Shown here: positions 20,119-28,571 of the stretch, piece by piece
Position numbering within the stretch: the stretch's first letter is position 1
Layout: each line of letters begins with the position of its first letter
DNA from: an uncultured Rhodospirillales bacterium
Lineage (GTDB): Bacteria > Pseudomonadota > Alphaproteobacteria > BOG-932 > Roseiterribacteraceae
Assembly (NCBI GenBank): GCA_964631425.1
Contig: CAZVYC010000001.1
Location: forward strand, 14,376-78,375
DNA length: 64,000 bases
Direction of reading: 5' to 3'
Notes under the pieces: generated by a model
Told to the model about the DNA's origin: nothing
Seen by the model: the letters and a program-made list of their open reading frames with translations, nothing else
The model's database searches: none
Program-made: the position numbers and the translations under genes

Positions 20119-20171
20119 GCGATTCTGAATTGCTTCGCTCAGCTCGCAATGGCGGAAGGGGAGGGGAGTCG

Positions 20172-21815
20172 TCACGTCGCGCCCGTGCGGGGACCCAGCC
20201 AAACCCGGTCCATGCGGTAGAAATGCGAGGGGTTGCCGCGGAAGCCCATGACGTAGGTGGCTCCGGCGGTGAAGTTGTCGGCCCAGAAGGGCTGCACCAT
20301 CACTGCGTTGTCGCGCAAGATCTGCTCGGCTTCGACCATTGCCGCGGAGCGCGCCTTTGGATCAAGGATCGCCTGCGCGCGGTCGATCGCCGCGTTGAGA
20401 TCGGGATTGTCGAAATGAGTCTCGTTCCACACCGAGCCGGTGCGGTAGCAGAGGTCGAGCATTTGGATGCCGAGGGGCCGGTGCGCCCAATACGTGATGC
20501 CGAACGGCACCTTGGTCCACACCGGCCAATATTCCGTCGCCGGCCGGACATTGAGTTTCAGCCTGATGCCGGCCTCGGCCACGTTCTGCTGCAGGACCTG
20601 TGCGGTGTCCTGCTCCCACCGGCCCTGGGTATTGCCGAGCTCAAGCGTGAGGTCGATCCCGTCAGGGTAGCCGGCATCGGCGAGCAGCTTCTTCGCCTGA
20701 GCAATGTCGCGCGGCAGGGCGGGCAGGGGGCCATAATCCGGCTGGAACGGGGCGACGTGGTAGTTGCCGGCCGGCGTGCCCATGCCGCGAAAGGCGAGCC
20801 GCAGCATCTGCGCGTTGTCGGCGGCCAGCACCACCGCCTTGCGGATGCGCAGATCCTCGAACGGCTTCTGGTCGCACTGCATGCGGATGCACAAGGTCTG
20901 TGCCGACGGCTCGCGGTAGAGCCGCACATCCTTCAGCCGGTTGACCAGCTCCAGCTCCGCGATGGTGACGCGGTAGAGCAAGTCGACCTGCCCTGCCGCC
21001 AAGGCCGCGATATGGGTCGCGATTTCGCTGCCGAGGTCGATATAATCTATGCCGTCGAGGTAAGCGGCGTCGCCCCAGTAATCCGCGCGACGGCGGAATT
21101 TCGCGACTTGCGCGATCTTGTAGTCAGCGAGCCGGAACGGCCCGGTGCCGACCGGATTCTTCGGCCAGTCGCCTCCCTCCGCCTCGAAGCGGCGATGCAC
21201 GATCGCGCAGGTGAAGGCATATAGCATCTCGGGCAACGCGCAGAGCGGCCGGTCGAGGTGAAGCATGAAGGTGTGGTCGTCGACCCGCTCGAAATCCTTG
21301 ATCGCCGCGAAGGCGGTGCGATTGGGCGAAAGGGAATCCGGGGCGATCCAGCGCTTGATGTTGAATTCGGCGTCCGCGACCGTGAAGTCGTCGCCGTTCG
21401 ACCATTTGACGCCCCGCCGCAGCCGGAAGGTCCAGGTCTTAAGGTCGTCCGACGGCGTCCAGCTTTCCGCCAGGTACGGATGGGTGATGTTGTCGGCGTC
21501 GGTATAGGTCAGGAATTCCAGCGAATTCCTCAGCAGGTTCGAGGCCTCGATCCAATTGATCAGCGCCGGATCGGCCATCTCCTGCACCACGCAGACAAAG
21601 CGCAGGACGCCGCCCCGCTGCGGCACCGGCTGCGGCTCGGCGTGCGCCACCCCGAGCAGCGCCTTCGCCGAGGCGATCGACACGCCGAGCCACGACAGTG
21701 TGCGGAGCAAGGTCCGTCGGTCAATCAGCCCGCGCCGCGCCTGATCCCATAGTTCCGGCACGGCCGGGTGCAGGTCGTCGCCGAAGTTGTTGCGCAGCCC
21801 GTCAACCATTGGCAT
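20172..21815 (-). CDS. Family 5 ABC substrate-binding protein
   Basis: IDRR.LLR Tat-like motif, P.LAESW......WTF.LR.GVKWSNG..F...D, P.GTGPF. Confidence 0.93.
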   Translation of the reverse strand: MPMVDGLRNNFGDDLHPAVPELWDQARRGLIDRRTLLRTLSWLGVSIASAKALLGVAHAEPQPVPQRGGVLRFVCVVQEMADPALINWIEASNLLRNSLEFLTYTDADNITHPYLAESWTPSDDLKTWTFRLRRGVKWSNGDDFTVADAEFNIKRWIAPDSLSPNRTAFAAIKDFERVDDHTFMLHLDRPLCALPEMLYAFTCAIVHRRFEAEGGDWPKNPVGTGPFRLADYKIAQVAKFRRRADYWGDAAYLDGIDYIDLGSEIATHIAALAAGQVDLLYRVTIAELELVNRLKDVRLYREPSAQTLCIRMQCDQKPFEDLRIRKAVVLAADNAQMLRLAFRGMGTPAGNYHVAPFQPDYGPLPALPRDIAQAKKLLADAGYPDGIDLTLELGNTQGRWEQDTAQVLQQNVAEAGIRLKLNVRPATEYWPVWTKVPFGITYWAHRPLGIQMLDLCYRTGSVWNETHFDNPDLNAAIDRAQAILDPKARSAAMVEAEQILRDNAVMVQPFWADNFTAGATYVMGFRGNPSHFYRMDRVWLGPRTGAT

Positions 21816-22752
21816 GGACCAGCCGGACAGCCTGGACGAGGGGCTTAGCCGCCGAGCCGAAACGCTGAATCAACCAGGATCGAAACAGCGCGATCGCCGT
21901 GTCGCCCAGATCGTCTGGCTGTGTGATCAGGTAATAGCCATATCCATTGTCCAGGAATGTATCGAACGGTTGCGCCAGCCGCCCCGTGCGTATTTCCTCC
22001 GCAAACAGATGGGTATCAACCAGCGCCACACCTTCGCCGGATAGCACGTACTGCGCTGCGAGCATGGCGGTATCGAAGACGAGCCCGCGCTCAACGTCGA
22101 TCTGCGGAATTCCTGCTTGGCGGGCAAACTCTGTCCACATGTGATAGCGCGGCAAGTCGGCGATTCGCACATGCACGATCTCGTTCGCCTGGACGAAGGC
22201 GGCCAGATCCTTCCCAGGATGGGCGCGCGCCAGATCGGGATGGCAGAGCACACTGGTGTGAATGCTCCACAGGAGGTCGGTAATAGCGTCGGTCACGGTC
22301 GGCTTGGAATAGACCACAGCGATATCCGCATCCCCGGTTTCCGATCCCACAGCGTAGGGACTGACGATATCGATATCGATCTCGGGGCAGTCGCGACGGA
22401 AATCCCGCAGGATCGGCACCGCCATCTGGGCGGCGAAACTGGGCGGCAAATGGATCCGCAATATCCGCCTCGTGGTGCCGCCGTCATGTCCGATGTCGTC
22501 GAGTGCGTGCTCCAGCCGATCGAACGACCGGCTGACGGCGGGCAGAAGGGTTTGACCGGCCTCGGTCAGGACGAGAGCGTGCGGTCGTCGATCGAAGAGC
22601 TGGGTTCCAATCAACTTTTCGATGGCGAGGACATGCCGCGAGAGCGCACTCTGCGAGATCAGCAGCGCGTTGGCCGCCGCGGTGAAGCTGCCATGTTTCG
22701 CCACGGCCTCGAATGCGCGCAGCGCATTCAGCGGCAGCCAACGGCGATCCAT
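21802..22752 (-). CDS. LysR-family transcriptional regulator (GcvA/AmpR-like)
   Basis: LPLNALRAFEAVA.HGSFT.AA..L.ISQSALSR HTH, LT.AG. Confidence 0.95.
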   Translation of the reverse strand: MDRRWLPLNALRAFEAVAKHGSFTAAANALLISQSALSRHVLAIEKLIGTQLFDRRPHALVLTEAGQTLLPAVSRSFDRLEHALDDIGHDGGTTRRILRIHLPPSFAAQMAVPILRDFRRDCPEIDIDIVSPYAVGSETGDADIAVVYSKPTVTDAITDLLWSIHTSVLCHPDLARAHPGKDLAAFVQANEIVHVRIADLPRYHMWTEFARQAGIPQIDVERGLVFDTAMLAAQYVLSGEGVALVDTHLFAEEIRTGRLAQPFDTFLDNGYGYYLITQPDDLGDTAIALFRSWLIQRFGSAAKPLVQAVRLVHANG

Positions 22753-22994
22753 CTTCGTTTGGCCCATTGAGCCGGTTCTCACTCGATCGAAGCCTCCGCC
22801 GCGGTTTGACTTTTGTTTCGCAGCGTCCGGAACTGTCACATGAATTGCCGTGATCGCCAAATTCTTTGCCCAGCGACGATTATGCCTTTTTGCGATCAGC
22901 CCATCGATTTTATGATGTAGTTGGGCCAGCCCGCGGCGCGTGATCCTGCCGGCAGACTTGGTTGTTGTTCAAGCATCAGGAGGTGGATGCCCCA

Positions 22995-24119
22995 ATGGGC
23001 TTTTTCGGCCCTCAGGCGCGTTATTTGACTGCCGTCGCAGCCGCGCTGACCTGTGCCCTCATGAGCGGAAAAGCCGCCGCCGAAACCAGATCCTTCGTCG
23101 TCTCCTGGTTTTATCCGGCCAATTACTACGATCAGGACACCTGTCCGCACGGGCTCAACCCGCTGCCGGACGTGTTTTTCAAGCGCGACCTGGCCCTGCT
23201 GGGCGTGCCCAAGGCCGAGATCGACGATATGTTCGACAAGGACTACAACATCCAGACGGCGCAGCCGATGCGGACCGACTGGGTCAAAAAGGCCTCCACC
23301 CGCGGCAACGGCAAGGACAGCGTCTACACCCACCCGACCTCGATTCCCGACCGCCAGCTGAGGCTGGCCCAGGGTCGGTTCGGCTATGGCTTCAACCTCG
23401 ACGGCAGGGGCGAGGCTTCGCCCAATTCGTACGAAGACCCGGATACGCACGAGAAGGGCATCGACAATCAGCTCTTCCGCGCCATCGGCTGTATCCAGTC
23501 CTATCGCGGCGGCGGCCAGCGGCCGCTGACGGTCGAATATAAATGGTCTTATTCCCGCTCGCATATGCCGGCATGGCTGATCTCGGTCACCGGCGATGAT
23601 CTCGGGCATGACGGCCCGGTGGAAGTGAAGATCGAAAACGCCATCGACCCAGCCGACACGCTGGACGCCAACGGTGACGTGCAAGCGGGTATCAGCTACC
23701 GCGTCGACCCCGACACGAGATGGCACAATGTGCTGGCCGGCCGGATCGTGAATGGCGTGGTCACCGCCGGTCCCGGCGACATCAACCTGCTGGCCGACTC
23801 CTATCTCCAGCCGGTCTACGATTTCCGTCAGGCCAGGCTTCGCCTCACCATCAGGCCGGACGGCAAGGCGATGGGCATGCTGGGCGGCTACGCGGCTTGG
23901 TATCCGTTCTATTGGAGCAACGCCAAAGGCGGCTATATCGACGAACGCGGCTTCGGCGTCGATGCGCCGGCGCTCTATTATGCGCTGAGGAAGAGCGCCG
24001 ACGCCGATCCTGACCCGGTCACTGGCGAGAACCGGGCAATCTCGGCGGCCTATATGATCGAGGCGGTCCCCGCCTTTGCGATCAAGGCCGAAGGCGGGAA
24101 AACAGCGGAGGCGAGGTGA
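22995..24119 (+). CDS. Secreted hypothetical protein, first gene of DUF1592/DUF1552 operon
   Basis: Signal peptide ending AAA-E, host-like codon use, CP.G, GFNLDG, G.DNQL.RA.GC motifs, coupled to next gene. Confidence 0.75.
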   Translation: MGFFGPQARYLTAVAAALTCALMSGKAAAETRSFVVSWFYPANYYDQDTCPHGLNPLPDVFFKRDLALLGVPKAEIDDMFDKDYNIQTAQPMRTDWVKKASTRGNGKDSVYTHPTSIPDRQLRLAQGRFGYGFNLDGRGEASPNSYEDPDTHEKGIDNQLFRAIGCIQSYRGGGQRPLTVEYKWSYSRSHMPAWLISVTGDDLGHDGPVEVKIENAIDPADTLDANGDVQAGISYRVDPDTRWHNVLAGRIVNGVVTAGPGDINLLADSYLQPVYDFRQARLRLTIRPDGKAMGMLGGYAAWYPFYWSNAKGGYIDERGFGVDAPALYYALRKSADADPDPVTGENRAISAAYMIEAVPAFAIKAEGGKTAEAR

Positions 24120-24150
24120 TGTCGCCGCCATTCAGCTTGTCATTTCTTCC

Positions 24151-24295
24151 GCCTCCCCCCTTGAGGGGGAGGTCGGCGCGCAGCGCCGGGTGGGGGGTGC
24201 TGGTGATGCTATCTCGTTGCCAGCCAGCCGGCCGCACCGGAACCCCCCACCCGTCAGCGCTGCGCGCTGCCGACCTCCCCCTCAAGGGGGGAGGC
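24151..24295. repeat. 145-bp palindromic repeat, family A copy 2
   Basis: gcctccccccttgagggggaggtcggc ... gccgacctccccctcaaggggggaggc. Confidence 0.92.
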
Positions 24296-24310
24296 GCTGT
24301 TAATCGCCTC

Positions 24311-25939
24311 ATGTGCGTTGTTGTTTTCACGCTGGTCGGTTGTGCCGCGGTAGCTATTCCCGGGCTGGCCGCCGACACCGACCCCCAGCCCGTCGTTCGC
24401 CGCCTGACGCCCGATCAGTACCGCCACATCATCGCCGACATATTCGGGCCGACCGTCACCATCGACGGTCGCTTCGAGCCGGACGTGCGGACCGATGGGC
24501 TGCTCGCCGTCGGGGCCGGCCGTGTCAGCGTGACCGCGGCGGGGCTGGAGCAGTACGACGCGATCGCGCGCGGCATCGCCGCCCAGGTGGTCGACGAACG
24601 CCATCGTGGCACGCTGATCCCCTGCCAGCCGGCCTCGCCGACCGCACCTGATGATTCCTGCGCCCGCAAATTCATCGCCAGCGTCGGGCCGCTGCTTTTC
24701 CGGCGGCCGATCCGCGATGATGAGGTTGCTGCCCAGGTCGCGGTCGCGCATGAAGCGGCGGCCAAGCTCAAGGATTTCTATGCCGGCCTCGGCATGAGCC
24801 TGGCCGGCATGCTCGATTCGCTCCAGTTCCTGTTCCGCCAGGAACAGGCCGTGCCTGACCGGCAGAACGCCGGGGCCTACACGCTCGATCCTTATTCCAG
24901 GGCAACCCGCCTCAGCTTCCTGCTCTGGGACACCAAGCCCGATGCTGAGCTGCTGGCCGCCGCGGCGAGCGGTGCGCTCGAGAGGCGGAGCGGGCTTGAG
25001 AGGCAGGTCGACCGCATGCTGGCGTCACCGCGGCTCGCCGACGGTGTACGCGCGTTCTTCACGGACATGCTGCAGTTCGACCAGTTCACGACCCTGTCCA
25101 AGGACGCCGCAATCTATCCCAAGTTCACGTTCAAGGTCGCCGCCGACGCGGAAGAGCAGACGCTGCGCACCGTCACCGACCATCTGCTAACCCGGCACGG
25201 CGACTACCGCGACCTGTTCACAACGCGGAAGACCTTCCTGACGCCGCTCCTGGGGTCGATCTACGACGTACCGGTGGCGCGGGGCGCGCCGGGCGCCTGG
25301 CAGCCCTATGAGTTTGCCGAGGGTGATCCGCGCGCCGGCATCCTGATGGAGGCGAGCTTCGTGGCGCTCCATTCCCACCCCGGCCGCTCATCGCCCACGT
25401 TGCGCGGCAAGGCGCTCAGGGAGGTGCTGCTGTGCCAGAAGGTCCCCGACCCGCCGGGCAACGTCAATTTCGCGGTCGTCCAGGACAGCAACAACCCGAA
25501 CCTCAAGACCACGCGCGCGCGATTGACCGCCCATCGCACCGAGCCCACTTGCGCTGGCTGCCACAAGCTGATGGACCCGATGGGCTTGGCTATGGAGAAT
25601 TTCGACTCCTCTGGTGGCTTCCGCACCACCGAGAACGGCGTGCCGATCGACACGTCGGGTGAGTTGGACGGCGTCAAGTTTACCGATGCCGCCGGTCTGG
25701 CGCGGGCGGTGCACGACAATCCCGCGACCGTCGCCTGTCTGGTCGACCGCCTCTATTCGTATGCCACCGGCCGCCCGCCGGCGAAGAGTGAGGCGGAATG
25801 GCTGGCGGCGCTCCGCAAGGGCTTCGCCGACGACGGCTACCGCATGCCCGAGCTGCTTCGCCGGATCGCGACCAGCCCGGAGTTCTATCGTGTGGTTGCA
25901 CCGAGACTGGGGGGCTCGGCCGAGGAGAGGCGCTCATGA
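24311..25939 (+). CDS. DUF1587/1595/1592/1588/1585 multidomain protein with one CxxCH (alternative coupled start at 24116/24119 reading through repeat A)
   Basis: RRLT..QY...I.D.FG, FRRP, A.RLSF.LW...PD.ELL.AA, R.SPT.RGK...E..LC...P.PP, R.RL..H...P.CAGCH..MDP.G...ENFD..G.FR. Confidence 0.88.
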   Translation: MCVVVFTLVGCAAVAIPGLAADTDPQPVVRRLTPDQYRHIIADIFGPTVTIDGRFEPDVRTDGLLAVGAGRVSVTAAGLEQYDAIARGIAAQVVDERHRGTLIPCQPASPTAPDDSCARKFIASVGPLLFRRPIRDDEVAAQVAVAHEAAAKLKDFYAGLGMSLAGMLDSLQFLFRQEQAVPDRQNAGAYTLDPYSRATRLSFLLWDTKPDAELLAAAASGALERRSGLERQVDRMLASPRLADGVRAFFTDMLQFDQFTTLSKDAAIYPKFTFKVAADAEEQTLRTVTDHLLTRHGDYRDLFTTRKTFLTPLLGSIYDVPVARGAPGAWQPYEFAEGDPRAGILMEASFVALHSHPGRSSPTLRGKALREVLLCQKVPDPPGNVNFAVVQDSNNPNLKTTRARLTAHRTEPTCAGCHKLMDPMGLAMENFDSSGGFRTTENGVPIDTSGELDGVKFTDAAGLARAVHDNPATVACLVDRLYSYATGRPPAKSEAEWLAALRKGFADDGYRMPELLRRIATSPEFYRVVAPRLGGSAEERRS

Positions 25940-27267
25940 TCCCACGTCGCACCGTCCTGCGCGGCATATTGCAAGGCGGAGCCGTGACCGTCGGTCTACC
26001 GCTGCTCGATTGCTTCCTGAACGGCAACGGCACGGCGCTGGCCTCGGGCGCGCCGCTCCCCGTCTGCTTCGGCACATGGTTCTGGGGCTGCGGCCTTAAT
26101 CCCGCGCGGTGGGTTCCGGCGACCACCGGGCCCGGTTACGAAATGGCGATCGAGCTTCAGCCACTCGCCCGCTTCAGGGAACGGATGAATATCTATAGCG
26201 GGATGACGGCGCATCTGGACGGCAAGCCCAACCCGCCGCATTTCATGGGACCGGCTGCCATCTCGACCGGCTCTGTACTGCAGAACGGGCTGGTGCCCAA
26301 TGTGCCCAGCATCGATACGCTGGTGGCCGCCGTGATCGGCACGCGCAGCCGGTTCCGCTCGCTCGAGGTCGCCTGCACCGGCAACCCGGCCAATAGCCAT
26401 TCGGTGCGCGCCGGCTCGGTGGTGAACCCGTCGGAAGTCTCGCCGCTGGCGCTCTATGCGCGTGTGTTCGGGGCGGAGTTTCGTGACCCGAACGCGGCGG
26501 ATTTCACGCCCGACCCGGCTGTCATGGTCCGACGTAGCGTCCTTTCCGCCGTGGGCGCGCAGAGCAAGGATTTCGTCAAGGCCGTCGGCCCGGCCGACCG
26601 CGCCCGGCTCGATGAATATTTCACCTCGCTGCGCGAACTGGAACAGCAGCTGGATATCGAGCTGCAGAAGCCCGCGCCGCTCGAAGCCTGCACGGTGCCG
26701 GCCAACAGCGCGGACAATCCGGTCGGCACGGTGCTGGAAACCGCGCTCGCCAACCATCGGCTGTTCGCCCGGATTCTGGCCCACGCACTCGCCTGCGGGC
26801 AGACGCGGGTCGTGAACGTGGCGTTCTCCGAGGGCCTGTCGCCGATCCGCATGGCCGGCGAGGCCAACACACAGCATCTGTTCACCCATGAGGATCCGGT
26901 CGATGAGAAGCTCGGCTATCAGCCGAATGTCGCCAAGTTCATCCAGCCGATCATGAACGGCTTTGCGACCTTGCTGACCGAGCTCGATTCGATCCGGGAG
27001 GGTGACCGCACCCTGCTCGATCGTGCGGTGGTGTTCGCCTCGACCGATCACGGCTTCGCCAAGATCCACACGCTGGATAACATCCCGATGATGACCGTCG
27101 GCGGCGCGGCCGGCCGGATGAAGACCGGCATCCATTTCGCCGCCGGCAAGGGCGACCCGGTAAGCCGCGTGGGCCTGACGATCCAGCAGGCGCTGGGCGT
27201 GCCGGTCAGCGTATGGGGCACCGGCTCCAACCAGACAAGCAAGACCATCACCGAAGTGATGGCCTGA
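25936..27267 (+). CDS. DUF1552 (HXXSHH) family protein, Tat-exported
   Basis: RRTVLRG...VGLPLLD, SID...A, D..RLD.Y.TS.RELE..L, ALAC..TRV, H..TH, EG..TLLD. Confidence 0.88.
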   Translation: MIPRRTVLRGILQGGAVTVGLPLLDCFLNGNGTALASGAPLPVCFGTWFWGCGLNPARWVPATTGPGYEMAIELQPLARFRERMNIYSGMTAHLDGKPNPPHFMGPAAISTGSVLQNGLVPNVPSIDTLVAAVIGTRSRFRSLEVACTGNPANSHSVRAGSVVNPSEVSPLALYARVFGAEFRDPNAADFTPDPAVMVRRSVLSAVGAQSKDFVKAVGPADRARLDEYFTSLRELEQQLDIELQKPAPLEACTVPANSADNPVGTVLETALANHRLFARILAHALACGQTRVVNVAFSEGLSPIRMAGEANTQHLFTHEDPVDEKLGYQPNVAKFIQPIMNGFATLLTELDSIREGDRTLLDRAVVFASTDHGFAKIHTLDNIPMMTVGGAAGRMKTGIHFAAGKGDPVSRVGLTIQQALGVPVSVWGTGSNQTSKTITEVMA

Positions 27268-27275
27268 CGCGCGGC

Positions 27276-28571
27276 ATGTGGGCGCGGGGACACGTTCGGC
27301 TGGTGGGATTGCTGGTGTTCGCCGCGGCTGCGGCCGCTGGGTTTCTCCTGTTCCGGCCGCGCCCGGCGAGTGAGGAGGCGCTGGTGGCGCCCGCCGCGAC
27401 CCCGCTTGGCATCACGCTTCATGGCACGCGCAAGGGGCTCCGCGCCGAGGCATTCGGCACGCCGGTCACGATCCTGTTCGCGGATGCGGACGGCAAGACG
27501 CTGTACAGTTTCGACAAGGATGGACCGGACTCCCCGACCTGCGCCGGAGACTGCGCAAAGAGCTGGCCTCCCGCTGCGGTACCGTCCAACGCAGCGGCTG
27601 AGGGCGACTGGTCGGTGATCGCCCGGCTCGACGGCCTACGGCAATGGGCGCTCAGAGGGCGCCCGTTCTATACCTTCAGCGGAGATGCGGGCTCGGGCGA
27701 CAGCAAGGGGGATGGGGCCGATGGCGCCTGGCACGCCGCCCAGTTCCAGCCTGCAAAGGACGTGATCTTGCCGCTCGGCATCGGGTTGCGCGAGCTGCCG
27801 AATGGCGGCGGGCAGGCTTTCGTCGACGATCGGAACCTGACGCTCTATGCGCGCGGTTCGGCCGGGTGCGCGGCGACAGCAGGCTGCGAGAGCCACTGGA
27901 AGCCGGCGCCGGCGCCGGAGATCGCTAACCGGATCGGCGACTTTTCTGTCACCGGCGGCGAGGATGGCATCCGGCAATGGGCCTACAAGGGCCGGCCGCT
28001 CTACACGTTCGACGGAGATCTGGCGCCTGATGACGCCAACGGCGCGGGTGCCGACCCGCATTTCCAGGTTGCGCTGTACGTGCGCTACTTCATGCCCGCC
28101 GAGGTCTCGGTGCGCCATGCTCCGGGCTTGGGAGATATCCTGCAGACCGCGGCGGGGATGACGCTCTACGCCCGCGACCGCTTCATCGATGCCGATGGCC
28201 ATAATTTCCGTACCGATCATGGTGCGGAAGTCACCGGCCGTGCGCTGGGTACGGCGTCTTGCGACGTGGAGTGCACGAAGACATGGCATCCGCTGGCGGC
28301 GCCCGCGGGCGCGCTAGCTTCGGGCTATTGGGACATTTATGTTCGCGCGGACGGAACCCGGCAATGGGCGTACAAGGGCTATGCGCTCTACACCTATGGC
28401 GGGGACCGCAAGCCCGGCGAGGTCAACGGCAATGAGAGTTATGCGCTGATGCCAATCGGTCAGGACGATCAATTTCCGACAGCGTTGGCCGCGGCGAGCG
28501 CGGGCGGAACCGGCGCGCCCCGGGCCGGCATCGGCGTCGGCGCAATGTTCTGGCGCGCGGCCATTCCATGA
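27276..28571 (+). CDS. COG4315-like secreted repeat protein (Yx[FWY]xxD, Lipoprotein_15 repeats), three units
   Basis: Repeated G.TLY.FD.D...C...C...W.P...DG..QWA..G.P.YTF.GD...GD..G blocks; N-terminal TM/signal. Confidence 0.85.
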   Translation: MWARGHVRLVGLLVFAAAAAAGFLLFRPRPASEEALVAPAATPLGITLHGTRKGLRAEAFGTPVTILFADADGKTLYSFDKDGPDSPTCAGDCAKSWPPAAVPSNAAAEGDWSVIARLDGLRQWALRGRPFYTFSGDAGSGDSKGDGADGAWHAAQFQPAKDVILPLGIGLRELPNGGGQAFVDDRNLTLYARGSAGCAATAGCESHWKPAPAPEIANRIGDFSVTGGEDGIRQWAYKGRPLYTFDGDLAPDDANGAGADPHFQVALYVRYFMPAEVSVRHAPGLGDILQTAAGMTLYARDRFIDADGHNFRTDHGAEVTGRALGTASCDVECTKTWHPLAAPAGALASGYWDIYVRADGTRQWAYKGYALYTYGGDRKPGEVNGNESYALMPIGQDDQFPTALAAASAGGTGAPRAGIGVGAMFWRAAIP

